64,000 nt of DNA from Acidimicrobiia bacterium (GTDB lineage Bacteria > Actinomycetota > Acidimicrobiia > Spongiisociales > UBA4744), in the NCBI GenBank assembly GCA_029863625.1, contig JAOTUY010000009.1, positions 1,523 through 65,522 of the forward strand, written 5' to 3'. The translations under genes were made by a program, and so were the position numbers. The notes below the pieces were generated by a model. It searched no databases. It was not told the DNA's origin and worked only from the letters and a program-made list of their open reading frames with translations. Shown piece by piece: positions 1 through 10,096 of this stretch. Numbering within the stretch: position 1 is the first letter of the stretch; the number at the start of each line of letters is the position of its first letter.

Positions 1-420
1 ATAGGAGGAGCGTTCCCGATCGAGCTTGTTGATGAAAAGCGCCCGGGGGATGCCCTCCTCGGTGGCCATGTCCCACAGAATCTCGGTCTGCACTTCTACC
101 CCGTCAACTCCGGATACAACGAAGAGAGCCAAGTCGGCGGCCCGTAATGCGGACCGGGCATCGCCCAGAAAACCTGCGAAGCCGGGAGCGTCGATGATGT
201 TGACCTTGTGGCCCTTCCACGTGAATGAGGCAAGGGCCACGCTGAGGGAGATCTGTCGCTCGATTTCTTCGGGTTCGAAGTCGGTGACCGTGTTGCCGTC
301 CTCGACCCGGCCTGCCCGGGTGGTCACTCCGGCAGTGAAAAGGAGGGCTTCGGCGAGCGACGTCTTACCGCTCCCTCCATGACCGACCAACACGACATTC
401 CTGATCTTCTCCGGAACCAC
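1..420 (-). CDS. fusA2: Elongation factor G-like protein (EF-G2), 5' part only; runs off the window start
   Basis: Not in the ORF track. Hand translation from GTG at 420 gives MVPEKIRNVVLVGHGGSGKTSLAEALLF...IIDAPGF...FINKLDRE (G1, G3 and G4 motifs). AGGAGG SD lies upstream. Divergent from pgsA as in other actinobacteria. Confidence 0.92.
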   Translation of the reverse strand, partial: MVPEKIRNVVLVGHGGSGKTSLAEALLFTAGVTTRAGRVEDGNTVTDFEPEEIERQISLSVALASFTWKGHKVNIIDAPGFAGFLGDARSALRAADLALFVVSGVDGVEVQTEILWDMATEEGIPRALFINKLDRERSSY

Positions 421-516
421 AGGACCTCCTCGGGCATCTGAGCTTGCTCGAATTGTAGTAAGCCAGAAACAAGGCCAGAGCTGTGTGCTACCTTCGGCGA
501 GGCCGAAGGAGCCCAC

Positions 517-1089
517 GTGATCGAAACCAGGGTCCGCCCGCGGATCAGCAGAGCACTTCAAGCGGCGGGTCGGGTACTCGCCGCGACCGGTCTCAAACCG
601 ACCCACTTGACCGTCCTGGGTCTCCTGGTGACCGTGGGCGGGGCATACTTGATAGGTCGAAACGTGCTCGTTGCCGGTGGTTCGCTGGTGGCCGTCGGGT
701 CATTTATCGATGCGCTCGACGGCCCATTGGCCCGTGAACTCGGAATCGCAGGCCCCAGAGGAGCTTTGCTCGACTCGGTGACCGATCGGATCAGCGAAAC
801 GGCGATGTTCGCCGGAGTCGCCTATCTGGTGGCCGACGAGCCCCTGCTGGTTGCTCTGGCGGTGGCCGGTCTTGGGGCGGCTCTGGTCACTTCATATTTG
901 CGGGCCAAGGCGGAAGGGGTCGGTGCCGACGGTCGAGCCGGGTTGATGGGGCGGGCCGAGCGCGTGATCCTCTACTGCCTGGGGGTAATCGCGGGCTTCG
1001 TCGGTCCCATGCTCTGGGCCATGGTCATCTTGACCTGGCTGACGGTCGTCCAACGGTTTGCCGCAACCTGGCGCCAGTTGGAGCCGTGA
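517..1089 (+). CDS. pgsA: CDP-alcohol phosphatidyltransferase (phosphatidylinositol phosphate synthase)
   Basis: DALDGPLAR...GALLDSVTDR signature; hydrophobic; first gene of the pgsA-acyltransferase-pimA block. Confidence 0.9.
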   Translation: MIETRVRPRISRALQAAGRVLAATGLKPTHLTVLGLLVTVGGAYLIGRNVLVAGGSLVAVGSFIDALDGPLARELGIAGPRGALLDSVTDRISETAMFAGVAYLVADEPLLVALAVAGLGAALVTSYLRAKAEGVGADGRAGLMGRAERVILYCLGVIAGFVGPMLWAMVILTWLTVVQRFAATWRQLEP

Positions 1090-1093
1090 GACC

Positions 1094-1963
1094 ATGCTGG
1101 AATACCTCGGCTACCGCCTGGCGGCGGCCGTCTTCGGCCTCTTGCCCGAACCCCTGATGCGCAGAGTGGGGAGTGTCCTGGGTTCCTTTGCGTATTCGAG
1201 GGCGGACCGTCGAAGGCTGATGGCGATCCGTCATATGACCAGGGCGCTTGGATCCGAACGCGAGATAGAGCAGGCCGCACAGCAGGCCTTTGCTGCCTAT
1301 GGACGCTATTGGGCGGAGGTGTTCTGGGTCCGGCCCAGGAGGGTGTCGGCCATGCGGGCTCGGATCGCGGTGGACGGTCTTGACCACATCAAAGCGGCGC
1401 AGTCGACGGGTCGCGGGATGATCTACGTCCTGCCGCACATCGGCAACTGGGAGGTGGCAGGCAGCGTCGCGCAGAATCTCGGTCTCGAGCTGATCGCTGT
1501 CGCAGAAGATCTGCCTAACCCGCGACTGGCCCGGTGGTTTGCAGGCGTCCGCAAGGCCTTCGGCATAGACGTCGTGTTCGCCGACGGAAGCCCTGGAGTC
1601 ATGGCTGCTCTCGCTGAAGGCTTGCGACGCGGGGCGGCCGTTGCTCTCGTTTCCGACCGGAACGTGCGGGAGGGCGGCTCGCTCGTGGAATTCTTCGGTG
1701 AAGAGACGGAACTGCCGGCCGGTGCGGCTCTCCTCGCCACCCGCCTTGATGTGCCGGTCTTTCCGATTGCAGCTTTCTTTGCCGATGGGCCGGGTCACCA
1801 CCTCGTCATCGAGGCTCCGGTCGAGATTCCGTCAGAAGGGCCGGAGCGCATATCGGTTGGGACGCAACGTATCGCTACCGCCCTGGAGGGTTTGATCCGT
1901 CGAGATCCGACTCAGTGGCACATTCTTCAGCCGAATTGGCCGTCGGACAGTGCGGTGCCATGA
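1094..1963 (+). CDS. Phosphatidylinositol mannoside acyltransferase (PatA-like, lipid A acyltransferase family)
   Basis: HIGNWE motif and VEFFGE...PAGAA...PTQWH...PNW; start set to ATG 1094. Confidence 0.85.
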   Translation: MLEYLGYRLAAAVFGLLPEPLMRRVGSVLGSFAYSRADRRRLMAIRHMTRALGSEREIEQAAQQAFAAYGRYWAEVFWVRPRRVSAMRARIAVDGLDHIKAAQSTGRGMIYVLPHIGNWEVAGSVAQNLGLELIAVAEDLPNPRLARWFAGVRKAFGIDVVFADGSPGVMAALAEGLRRGAAVALVSDRNVREGGSLVEFFGEETELPAGAALLATRLDVPVFPIAAFFADGPGHHLVIEAPVEIPSEGPERISVGTQRIATALEGLIRRDPTQWHILQPNWPSDSAVP

Positions 1964-2997
1964 GGATCGCGGTTGTCTGCCCGTATTCCATCGAAGAACC
2001 GGGAGGCGTGCAGCAACAGGCTGTGGGTCTGGTGGACGGAATCCGGGCGGCCGGCCATGAGGCGTGGCTGGTAGCTCCGGGCAAGACAGGACCACCGGAT
2101 GCAAGGCTGCTCGGCCGTGCGGTCAGAGTCAGGGTCAACGGGTCAATTGCGCCTATCGCTCTGCATCCCGGGACGATCGGACGGTCCCGTCGCGCCGTTC
2201 GAGATGCCGACGTCGTCCACGTTCATGAGCCGCTGGTGGCGCTCACGTCGCCGGCCGTGTTCCTGGGGGATGGCCCCCCGGCGGTTGGGACCTTTCACGC
2301 CGATCCGTCCACCCTGGTGCGAAGGCTCTACCGGGTGGCCGCTCCGGTCCTGCGCCGAGTCCTCTCCAGACTGGGGGCAGTGACGGCGGTGAGCCAGGCA
2401 GCTGCCTCGGCAATTTCGGACCTGGTCGGGGAGGTCGTGTTGATCCCAAATGGAATCGACGCCGGGGCATTCTCGATGGCGGTGACCCGCCATCCGGCCC
2501 GGGTTGCGTTCCTGGGTCGCGATGAACCTCGCAAGGGCCTCGACGTTCTGCTCACCGCCTGGCCACTGGTTCGGGCGGCGGTGGCGGATGCCGAACTCGT
2601 TGTGCTTGGAGCGGATCGAGGCGCCTCCTATCCGGGCATCCGCTTCTTCGGCCCGATCATCGGACAAGAGAAGCGCCGGCAGCTGGCCGAAGCCGCCGTG
2701 TTTTGCGCGCCGAACCTGGGTGGAGAAAGCTTCGGGATCAGCCTGGTTGAAGCCATGGCGGCTGGATGTGCACCGGTTGTCTCCGACCTGGCTGCCTTCC
2801 GCCGGGTATCTAGTGACGTCGCCAGGTATGCGGCAGTGGCCGATTCGAGAAGCCTGGCCGACCGACTGATCGAAGCCCTATCTGATCGAACCGGAACTCA
2901 GGTTCGAGGTCGAATGGCGGTCCGAGTAGCGGCCGCATTCGACTGGCACCATGTTCTGCCGAGGTACCTTGCCCTCTATGAGCAAGTCGCACGGTAA
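1960..2997 (+). CDS. pimA: GT4 glycosyltransferase, PIM mannosyltransferase
   Basis: MRIAVVCPYS..PGGVQ, HVHEP, EPRKG, GESFGISLVEAMAAG; ATGA overlap with upstream stop. Confidence 0.85.
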   Translation: MRIAVVCPYSIEEPGGVQQQAVGLVDGIRAAGHEAWLVAPGKTGPPDARLLGRAVRVRVNGSIAPIALHPGTIGRSRRAVRDADVVHVHEPLVALTSPAVFLGDGPPAVGTFHADPSTLVRRLYRVAAPVLRRVLSRLGAVTAVSQAAASAISDLVGEVVLIPNGIDAGAFSMAVTRHPARVAFLGRDEPRKGLDVLLTAWPLVRAAVADAELVVLGADRGASYPGIRFFGPIIGQEKRRQLAEAAVFCAPNLGGESFGISLVEAMAAGCAPVVSDLAAFRRVSSDVARYAAVADSRSLADRLIEALSDRTGTQVRGRMAVRVAAAFDWHHVLPRYLALYEQVAR

Positions 2998-3015
2998 CCT
3001 TCGTTTTTCTTTCCT

Positions 3016-4122
3016 ATGGATACCCTTCGAAACACCCTTGCGTCGTTGACCATGCGGCAGCGTTGGTGGCTGGGCGGCGGCGCTGCGGCCGTGCTCGTGC
3101 TCTTCGTCGTGGTCATGATCGTTGCAGGGGTTGGTGATCAGGTCGCGGAAACCACCACCAGCACGACTACCTCGCCCCCGGAAACGACCGTTCCACCGAC
3201 CTCAACGACTTCCACCACGACGACCACGGCGGTGGTCGGCGCAGATCTGTGGCCGCTGACCGGACTTCCCATCGAGGAGGGCACCCCCGAGGACCCCATC
3301 CTGGCGATCAAGATCGACAACAGCTCGTCCGGCCGTCCACAGGAAGGGTTAGAACTGGCCGACCTCGTCTTTGACATTCCGGTGGAAGGTGGAATCTCGC
3401 GACTGCTGGCGCTCTACCAATCCCGGTTGCCAGAGGAAATCGGACCGGTGCGGAGCGTGCGAGAAGTGGACCCCAAACTGCTCGGCCCGTTCGGGGTGTT
3501 CATGGCATATTCCGGTGGCAACGAATCGGTTGTCAGTTCATTGCGGGATGTTGCCGTCGATCTGGGGGATCCAACGCTCGGCGCAGTGGCGTATCGGCGG
3601 GCCGCCGACCGCCCCGCGCCGTATGATCTCATGGTGGCGCCGCTTGCGGCGCTGGCAACTGTGGAGGACGCGAGCTCTGCGGCAGGCTCGTGGGTGTCGT
3701 TTGACGAGAGTCCAACCGGAGACGTCGCTCGCACCGTTGAGATCGAGTCTTCGAATATCCACAAGGTGGTCTACGGCTATTCGGCGTCGGATGGCGGATA
3801 CCTCCGGTTTCATGGGTCACAACCGCACCTCGCCGCTTCCGGCGACCAGATTGTGGCTTCCAACGTGATTGTGCTCGTCGTCGAGCAAATGGGGACCGGC
3901 CGCACTGATTCGAGCGGGGCACCCGTTCCCGACTTCGATGTGCTCGGTTCCGGCGACGCCGTGGTCTTTCGAGATGGAATCGCCCTGGCCGGCCGCTGGG
4001 ACCGGGGCCGGCTCACCGATTTCTTCCGCTTTTTCGACTTGTCCGGAATCGAGATCAAGCTGGCGCCAGGTACAACGTGGGTGCATCTGGTTCCCGAGGG
4101 CCGAGCGTATAAGTGGCGGTAG
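3016..4122 (+). CDS. DUF3048 (YerB-like) membrane-anchored protein with Thr-rich linker
   Basis: N-terminal TM helix, T-rich stalk, WPLTG...KIDN...RPQ.GL..AD...VEGGISR...GPVRSVR pattern. Confidence 0.8.
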   Translation: MDTLRNTLASLTMRQRWWLGGGAAAVLVLFVVVMIVAGVGDQVAETTTSTTTSPPETTVPPTSTTSTTTTTAVVGADLWPLTGLPIEEGTPEDPILAIKIDNSSSGRPQEGLELADLVFDIPVEGGISRLLALYQSRLPEEIGPVRSVREVDPKLLGPFGVFMAYSGGNESVVSSLRDVAVDLGDPTLGAVAYRRAADRPAPYDLMVAPLAALATVEDASSAAGSWVSFDESPTGDVARTVEIESSNIHKVVYGYSASDGGYLRFHGSQPHLAASGDQIVASNVIVLVVEQMGTGRTDSSGAPVPDFDVLGSGDAVVFRDGIALAGRWDRGRLTDFFRFFDLSGIEIKLAPGTTWVHLVPEGRAYKWR

Positions 4123-4123
4123 A

Positions 4124-5029
4124 ATGGAGCTAGACCAAGGAGAGCACGTGGAAGCAGGAACCGATCGGGTAAAACGCGGGTTGGCAGAAATGCTCAAAGG
4201 TGGCGTGATCATGGATGTCGTGAACGCCGAGCAAGCCAAGATCGCCGAAGAAGCCGGGGCGGTGGCCGTAATGGCGTTGGAGCGCGTCCCGGCCGATATC
4301 CGCAGAGACGGCGGAGTGGCCAGGATGGCCGACCCGGAGAAGATCCAGGAGATCATCGATTCGGTGAGCATCCCGGTCATGGGCAAGGTGCGCATCGGCC
4401 ACTTCGTTGAGGCGCAGGTCCTGCAGTCGCTCGGTGTCGATTACATCGATGAGAGCGAGGTTCTGACACCCGCAGACGAAGAGAACCACATCGACAAGTG
4501 GGCGTTTGTAACACCGTTCGTGTGTGGGGCCCGAAACCTGGGTGAAGCCTTGCGCCGGATCGGGGAAGGCGCCGCCATGATTCGTACCAAGGGCGAAGCC
4601 GGCACGGGCAACGTTGTTGAGGCCGTCCGACACATGCGGACCATGAATCGGGAAATCCGGGCCCTTTCCTCCATGGAAAGTGGAGAGCTGATGGCCTCCG
4701 CCAAGACGATGGGCGCGCCGTTTGACCTGGTCCAGGAAGTTGCCGGGTCCGGTCGTCTCCCGGTCGTCAATTTCGCGGCCGGAGGTATTGCGACCCCATC
4801 CGACGCCGCCTTGATGATGCAGCTGGGGTGCGATGGCGTTTTTGTCGGGTCCGGGATATTCAAATCGACCGACCCGGCGCCACGGGCGCGTGCCATCGTC
4901 GAAGCCGTGACGTTCCACGACACCCCCGAGACAATTGCCAAGGTCTCCAGCGGTCTTGGCGAGGCCATGGTCGGCATCGAGATGGGCACGCTGAGCGACT
5001 CCGAGTTGCTGCAAAACAGAGGTTGGTAG
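4124..5029 (+). CDS. pdxS: Pyridoxal 5'-phosphate synthase lyase subunit
   Basis: [40 protein letters not shown]. Confidence 0.97.
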   Translation: MELDQGEHVEAGTDRVKRGLAEMLKGGVIMDVVNAEQAKIAEEAGAVAVMALERVPADIRRDGGVARMADPEKIQEIIDSVSIPVMGKVRIGHFVEAQVLQSLGVDYIDESEVLTPADEENHIDKWAFVTPFVCGARNLGEALRRIGEGAAMIRTKGEAGTGNVVEAVRHMRTMNREIRALSSMESGELMASAKTMGAPFDLVQEVAGSGRLPVVNFAAGGIATPSDAALMMQLGCDGVFVGSGIFKSTDPAPRARAIVEAVTFHDTPETIAKVSSGLGEAMVGIEMGTLSDSELLQNRGW

Positions 5030-5031
5030 GC

Positions 5032-5625
5032 GTGACCGCCGTCGGGGTTCTCGCCCTGCAGGGCGATGTGCGCGAACACGCCAGGGCCGTCGAGACGGCT
5101 GGTGGGACGTGGGCGCCCGTGCGCCGGCCGGAGGACCTCGAAAGCATCGATGCCTTGATCATTCCAGGAGGCGAATCCACCACCATTGGAAAACTCGCCA
5201 CGATCTACGGGCTCATGGAACCCATGCGGCGCGCGATCTCCGGCGGGTTGCCAACCTTCGGAACCTGCGCCGGGATGATCTTTCTCGCTGCCGGGGTCAC
5301 CGCAGGTGCTCAGGCCCAGCTGGGAGTTCTCGACGTCATCGTGGAACGGAACGCATTCGGCCGCCAGAACGAATCGTTCGAGACCAACCTGGAGATCCCG
5401 GGATTCGAGCAGCCTTTCCGGGCTGTCTTCATCCGAGCCCCCTGGGTTGCCAAGGTCGGTGGTGGCGTAGAGGTAATAGCGGCCGTGGATGAGCACCCCG
5501 TCATGGTTCGGCAGGGCAACATCTTGGCCTCCTCCTTTCACCCAGAACTGACCGGTGACGTTCGTATCCATACAATGGTGTTGCAGGCTGCCGCGGGTCG
5601 ACGCCGTATGGACGGAGAACGCTGA
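5032..5625 (+). CDS. pdxT: PLP synthase glutaminase subunit
   Basis: GVLALQGD, PGGEST, GTCAGMI, FHPE; GTG start at 5032. Confidence 0.96.
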   Translation: MTAVGVLALQGDVREHARAVETAGGTWAPVRRPEDLESIDALIIPGGESTTIGKLATIYGLMEPMRRAISGGLPTFGTCAGMIFLAAGVTAGAQAQLGVLDVIVERNAFGRQNESFETNLEIPGFEQPFRAVFIRAPWVAKVGGGVEVIAAVDEHPVMVRQGNILASSFHPELTGDVRIHTMVLQAAAGRRRMDGER

Positions 5626-6371
5626 TGTCCGGACATTCCAAATGGTCGACGATCAAACACAAGAAGGGCGCCAAGGACGCTAAGCGCGGCCAACTCTTCG
5701 CCAAACTCGTCAAAGTGGTCGAAGTAGCAGCCCGGGAGGGTGGCGGTGACCCGTCCGCCAACGCGACGCTGTCCAATGCGATCGACAAGGCCAGGGCCGC
5801 TTCGGTACCAAACGACAACATCGACCGAGCGATCAAGCGGGGAATCGGCGACGTTGAAGGGGCCCACTACGAGGAGATGTACTACGAGGGATACGCTCCC
5901 GGCGGGGTGGCGCTCTATGTGCAAATTCTGACCGACAACCGCAACCGGGCCTCGTCGGACGTGCGAGCTGGATTCAGCCGCCACGGAGGGAATCTGGGCG
6001 AACCCGGCTCAGTCTCCTACCTTTTTGAGCAGAAGGGTTATCTGCTGGTAGCCGGGGGCGAAGATGAGGTGATGCTGGCCGCTCTCGAAGCCGGTGCGGA
6101 AGACGTGCGGGAGTCTGATGGGCTCTTTGAGGTTATTTGCGCCGCCTCTGACTTCAGCGCCGTCAAGGGTGCGCTTGCTGCAGCAGGGCTAGAGGTTGAG
6201 ACCGCCGAGGTGACGCAACTGCCGAGCACCACCATTCCGGTCGACGAGAAGACTGCCCCGAAGGTGCTCAGACTGATCGATGCCCTCGAGGACCTCGACG
6301 ACGTTCAGAGCGTGTATGCCAACTTCGACATCGCCGACGACGTGATGGCCGCGCTGGCCGCAGACAACTAG
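5625..6371 (+). CDS. yebC: YebC/PmpR family protein
   Basis: MSGHSKWSTIKHKK, YEGYAPGG, TDNRNR, LEDLDDVQSVYAN. Confidence 0.96.
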   Translation: MSGHSKWSTIKHKKGAKDAKRGQLFAKLVKVVEVAAREGGGDPSANATLSNAIDKARAASVPNDNIDRAIKRGIGDVEGAHYEEMYYEGYAPGGVALYVQILTDNRNRASSDVRAGFSRHGGNLGEPGSVSYLFEQKGYLLVAGGEDEVMLAALEAGAEDVRESDGLFEVICAASDFSAVKGALAAAGLEVETAEVTQLPSTTIPVDEKTAPKVLRLIDALEDLDDVQSVYANFDIADDVMAALAADN

Positions 6372-6760
6372 CCGTCGAGGGCGCCCGGGTCGGAGGGTAC
6401 GTCGACGGCGTGCTCCTCGAGCACCGAAAAAGGTATCAGTTCGAGAACACGCTCGTTGCTGGAAGCAAGCACCACCGGCGCGGCGACACCGTCTCCGTGC
6501 GCCCGCAGCCAATTCACTGCAGTCACGCACCAACGGTCACCCGGAAGAAGTCCGGGGAACCGGTAGTGGGGCATCGGGGTGCTGAGATCATTGCCGATAC
6601 GACGTTGGTGCTCGAGAAACTCGGCGGTGACGACGGCGCACACCGTATGGCTACCGAGATCCTCTGGTCCCGTGAGGCACGAGCCATCCCGGTAAAACCC
6701 GGTCAAGGGGTCGGTCCCGCACGGCTCAAGCGCGGTCCCCAGCACGTTGCGATTGGTCAT
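6368..6760 (-). CDS. DUF2237 family protein
   Basis: NVLG..LEPC..DPLTGFYRDGSC.TG..D.GSHTVCA...GNDLSTP...FPGL.PGDRWC pattern; likely ATG at 6760. Confidence 0.85.
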   Translation of the reverse strand: MTNRNVLGTALEPCGTDPLTGFYRDGSCLTGPEDLGSHTVCAVVTAEFLEHQRRIGNDLSTPMPHYRFPGLLPGDRWCVTAVNWLRAHGDGVAAPVVLASSNERVLELIPFSVLEEHAVDVPSDPGALDG

Positions 6761-6888
6761 GGGCTCAGTATCGCTCGGGACGTGGAGGAATGCTCGTTCC
6801 AAGTTCAGAATTGTTGTTATGTGCTGAGGTCTTAGTCTTCGGGGAAGATGTCGATGCTTGGGAGATCAGAGTGGCGGGTAACGGCGAG

Positions 6889-7695
6889 ATGAAGGGTACG
6901 AGAGTGGTAGTTGCCGGTGCCACGGGGTGGGCCGGGTCTGCCCTGTCACGGGGGATTGTTGAAGCGGCTGACTTGGACTTGACGGGGGCTGTGTCGCGCT
7001 CACGCGCCGGCCAGCGTCTGGGCGAAGTGCTTGGTGTCGCTGAGCTTGGGGTGGAGATCAGTGGGACGACCGAGGACGCATTGGCATCCAAACCCGACGT
7101 ATTCGTGGAGTACACCCATCCGTCTGTCGCCCGGCAGAATATCCTGGCCGCTCTCGATGCCGGCGCTCATGTGGTCGTAGGAACCTCCGGCCTTACCAGC
7201 GACGACTACGAATCGATTTCCCACTCGGCCAGGGAAAAAGGCCTTGGTGTTTTGGCTTGCGGCAACTTCTCGATAACGGCTGTGCTGATGATGAGATTCA
7301 GTGAGGTGGCCGCCCAATGGGTGAAGAGTTGGGAGGTCATCGACTATGCCAGTGCCGGAAAAGTAGACGCACCAAGCGGGACGGCCCGTGAACTAGCCGG
7401 CCGGTTGGCGAAAGTAGGTCATCCCGAGATGGCGGTGCCGATAGGAGAAACACAGGGAGAGAAGGAAGCACGAGGTGCCAGCTTCGGGGGAACTCAGGTC
7501 CACTCCATTCGCCTACCCAGCTTTGTGATTTCCATCGAATCGATATTCGGCCAGGAAGATGAGCGACTCAGCATCAGGCACGACGCAGGAAGCAGCGCCA
7601 AGCCCTACGTAGCCGGTGGTCTTCTTGCTATTCGACAAGTCAACAAGCTGGTCGGTGTCCACCGAGGCCTCGACACCGTCATGGACGTGGGCTGA
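6889..7695 (+). CDS. dapB: DapB-family (4-hydroxy-tetrahydrodipicolinate reductase-like) oxidoreductase with non-canonical active site
   Basis: GATGWAG Rossmann motif, VVGTSG, KVDAPSGTA, HSIRLP, LSIRHDA; lacks the E-x-H-H motif. Confidence 0.7.
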   Translation: MKGTRVVVAGATGWAGSALSRGIVEAADLDLTGAVSRSRAGQRLGEVLGVAELGVEISGTTEDALASKPDVFVEYTHPSVARQNILAALDAGAHVVVGTSGLTSDDYESISHSAREKGLGVLACGNFSITAVLMMRFSEVAAQWVKSWEVIDYASAGKVDAPSGTARELAGRLAKVGHPEMAVPIGETQGEKEARGASFGGTQVHSIRLPSFVISIESIFGQEDERLSIRHDAGSSAKPYVAGGLLAIRQVNKLVGVHRGLDTVMDVG

Positions 7696-7967
7696 CCCGG
7701 GGGAGGCCTGATAACTTGGTCCCAGGCTGGGTTCGGAGTCGGTCTCCTTCCGCGCCTCGGGCCCGCAGCCTGGCGCAGGGTCGTTTGGACCTGCGATCGA
7801 GACCGGAATCACGCCGACCTCAGCCTTTGTCACGACCTCGAACTGCCCAAATGCCGATCACGTTGACAGGAGCCCGATCGGCGCCCTCAACGCCACCTGA
7901 GAAACCAGCCTTGGGCGGTAAGCCGGAGCCCTCCCCACAAAACCACCGTCGCGTCTCACCCTCGCTC

Positions 7968-7989
7968 TACACTCCCGTACATATGTTCG
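7968..7989 (+). promoter_or_regulatory. -10 element (TACACT, 7968-7973) and LexA/SOS-box-like palindrome CGTAC-ATAT-GTTCG (7976-7989) overlapping the ruvC ATG
   Basis: One mismatch to the CGAAC-N4-GTTCG core of the actinobacterial SOS box; directly at ruvCAB. Confidence 0.6.
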
Positions 7990-8471
7990 TACTCGGAATC
8001 GACCCCGGTCTCACCACCACCGGCTACGGACTGGTCGCCCCGGGGCCACAGGCGGTGATCGCCGGCGTGGTCCGCACCAGTCCCAAGACGCCGGTCGCGC
8101 ACAGGCTCCTGGAGCTCTACCGCGACTTGACCGCCCTGGTCGCCGAGCACCATCCCACCGTCGTGGCGATCGAGCAGGTGTTCTCCAATCGCAATCTGCA
8201 AACGGTGGCGAACGTCGGTCGAGCCTCCGGAGTTGCCATGCTGGTGGCAGCCCAGGCAGGCCTCCAGGTTCATGAGTACACGCCGTCCAGCGTCAAGCGG
8301 GCCGTGGCCGGCTACGGCAACGCCCCCAAAGAACAGGTGCAAAAAATGGTTGCCCAGCGCCTGGGCCTCGCCGACTTGCCCCGTCCGGCTGATGCCGCCG
8401 ACGCACTGGCTGTGGCGCTATGCCACCTGCAAGGCGCCGCCCTGCTCGAGCGTGTGGAGGCAGCCCGATGA
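7983..8471 (+). CDS. ruvC: Holliday junction resolvase
   Basis: MFVLGIDPG, AIEQVF, EYTPSSVK, DAADALAVALCH. Confidence 0.96.
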   Translation: MFVLGIDPGLTTTGYGLVAPGPQAVIAGVVRTSPKTPVAHRLLELYRDLTALVAEHHPTVVAIEQVFSNRNLQTVANVGRASGVAMLVAAQAGLQVHEYTPSSVKRAVAGYGNAPKEQVQKMVAQRLGLADLPRPADAADALAVALCHLQGAALLERVEAAR

Positions 8472-9040
8472 TCGGCCGATTGCGGGGGACACTGGTTTCG
8501 CTCCGGGCTACAGGAGTTGTTCTGGATGTGGGCGGCGTCGGTTACGAAGTGGTGGTCACTCCGCGCACGGTTGCGGACTTGCCGAGTATTGGTGAGGAGG
8601 TTGTCCTCCACACGCATCTGGTAGTAAGGGAAGATGCCATGCTTTTGCATGGGTTCGGTAATGAAGCGGAACGTGATCTTTTTCGGATCTTGCTGAGCGC
8701 ATCCGGGATCGGACCCAAGGTCGCGATGGCGACGCTGGGTGCACTGCAATCGGATGAGCTCCGGAGGGCGATCGCCGCCGAGGACGTCGACACGCTCACC
8801 CTGGTGCCCGGGATCGGCAAGCGAGGCGCGCAGAAAATGGTCCTCGAACTGAAACCCAAGATCACGGCGTCCGAGGCCGAATCAGTGGTTGGGACGAGTA
8901 CCGTTTCGCAAGTCCGGGAAGCCCTGGAGGGTTTGGGCTACCAGGCGGCCGAGATTCGGGACGCCATGGCCGATATTGAGACGGACGCGCCGGTTGGCGA
9001 TCAACTGCGGCAGGCGCTTCGCAGTCTGGGGAGACGATGA
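8468..9040 (+). CDS. ruvA: Holliday junction branch migration protein
   Basis: [30 protein letters not shown]. Confidence 0.96.
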   Translation: MIGRLRGTLVSLRATGVVLDVGGVGYEVVVTPRTVADLPSIGEEVVLHTHLVVREDAMLLHGFGNEAERDLFRILLSASGIGPKVAMATLGALQSDELRRAIAAEDVDTLTLVPGIGKRGAQKMVLELKPKITASEAESVVGTSTVSQVREALEGLGYQAAEIRDAMADIETDAPVGDQLRQALRSLGRR

Positions 9041-10059
9041 GAGAAGATCTGCTCACACCGGCGGCTTTGCCCGATGACGATGTTGTCGAAACGACCCTGC
9101 GTCCACAGTCGATCGAGGAGTTTGTTGGTCAAGCCAAGCTCAAGGAACGTTTGGCCATCTCGATCGATGCGGCTCGCAGCCTGGGCCGGCCCCTTGACCA
9201 CGTGCTGCTGTCCGGACCGCCTGGATTGGGAAAGACGACCATGGCCGGGATTCTCGCCAACGAGATGGGGTCGCGACTGCGGATCACCTCGGGACCGGCT
9301 CTCGAACGGCCGGGGGACGTTGCTTCGATCCTGACCAATCTCGATAACGGCGATGTGTTCTTCATCGACGAGATCCACCGCTTACCACGAGCCGTTGAAG
9401 AGGTCCTCTATCCGGCGATGGAAGATTTCCAACTGGACATCGTGCTCGGCAAGGGTCCATCAGCTCAATCGATCCGGCTCGACTTGCCGAGGTTCACACT
9501 GGTCGGAGCCACCACCCGCAAGGGAAAGGTGGCAGCCCCGCTTCGGGATCGGTTCGGCATCGTCGACAAACTGGACTACTACAGCCAGCCGGAACTCGGC
9601 CGGATTGTTCGTCGCTCGGCGACGATTCTCGACGTACCGATCACCGAGGACGGCGCCGATCTCATTGCTTTGCGGGGGCGGGGCACGCCCCGCATAGCCA
9701 ACCGGCTTTTGGCCCGGGTTCGCGACTATGCAGTGGCCCGTGCGGACGGCGTTGCCGACGCCGCCACGGCCAACGCTGCTCTGGAGATCTTCGAGGTCGA
9801 CGAATTGGGCCTCGACAAGGTGGATCGCGAGATCCTCGATGCCATCGTCGTCAAGTTCGCAGGCGGACCCGTCGGGCTATCGACTCTGGCCATCGTGGTC
9901 GGGGAGGAGCCCGAGACGGTGGAAGACGCCTACGAGCCTTTCCTGCTCCAGATAGGGCTTCTCAAGCGGACCCCGCGGGGTCGGGTTGCGACCCCGGCTG
10001 CCTACCTCCACCTAGGACTCGAGCCTCCGGCGACTGCCCAGCAGACACTTCTCGACTAG
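9037..10059 (+). CDS. ruvB: Holliday junction branch migration ATPase
   Basis: [33 protein letters not shown]. Confidence 0.98.
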   Translation: MREDLLTPAALPDDDVVETTLRPQSIEEFVGQAKLKERLAISIDAARSLGRPLDHVLLSGPPGLGKTTMAGILANEMGSRLRITSGPALERPGDVASILTNLDNGDVFFIDEIHRLPRAVEEVLYPAMEDFQLDIVLGKGPSAQSIRLDLPRFTLVGATTRKGKVAAPLRDRFGIVDKLDYYSQPELGRIVRRSATILDVPITEDGADLIALRGRGTPRIANRLLARVRDYAVARADGVADAATANAALEIFEVDELGLDKVDREILDAIVVKFAGGPVGLSTLAIVVGEEPETVEDAYEPFLLQIGLLKRTPRGRVATPAAYLHLGLEPPATAQQTLLD

Positions 10060-10096
10060 GTTCTGCAGGAGCCTCTGCTAAACGCGCCTACTCTGC

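Noticed and set aside
26..382. 118-aa plus-strand ORF
   Set aside because: Antisense shadow of the EF-G2 gene.
7513..7833. 106-aa minus-strand ORF in the dapB-ruvC gap
   Set aside because: It overlaps the dapB 3' end and has no recognisable motif or start signal.
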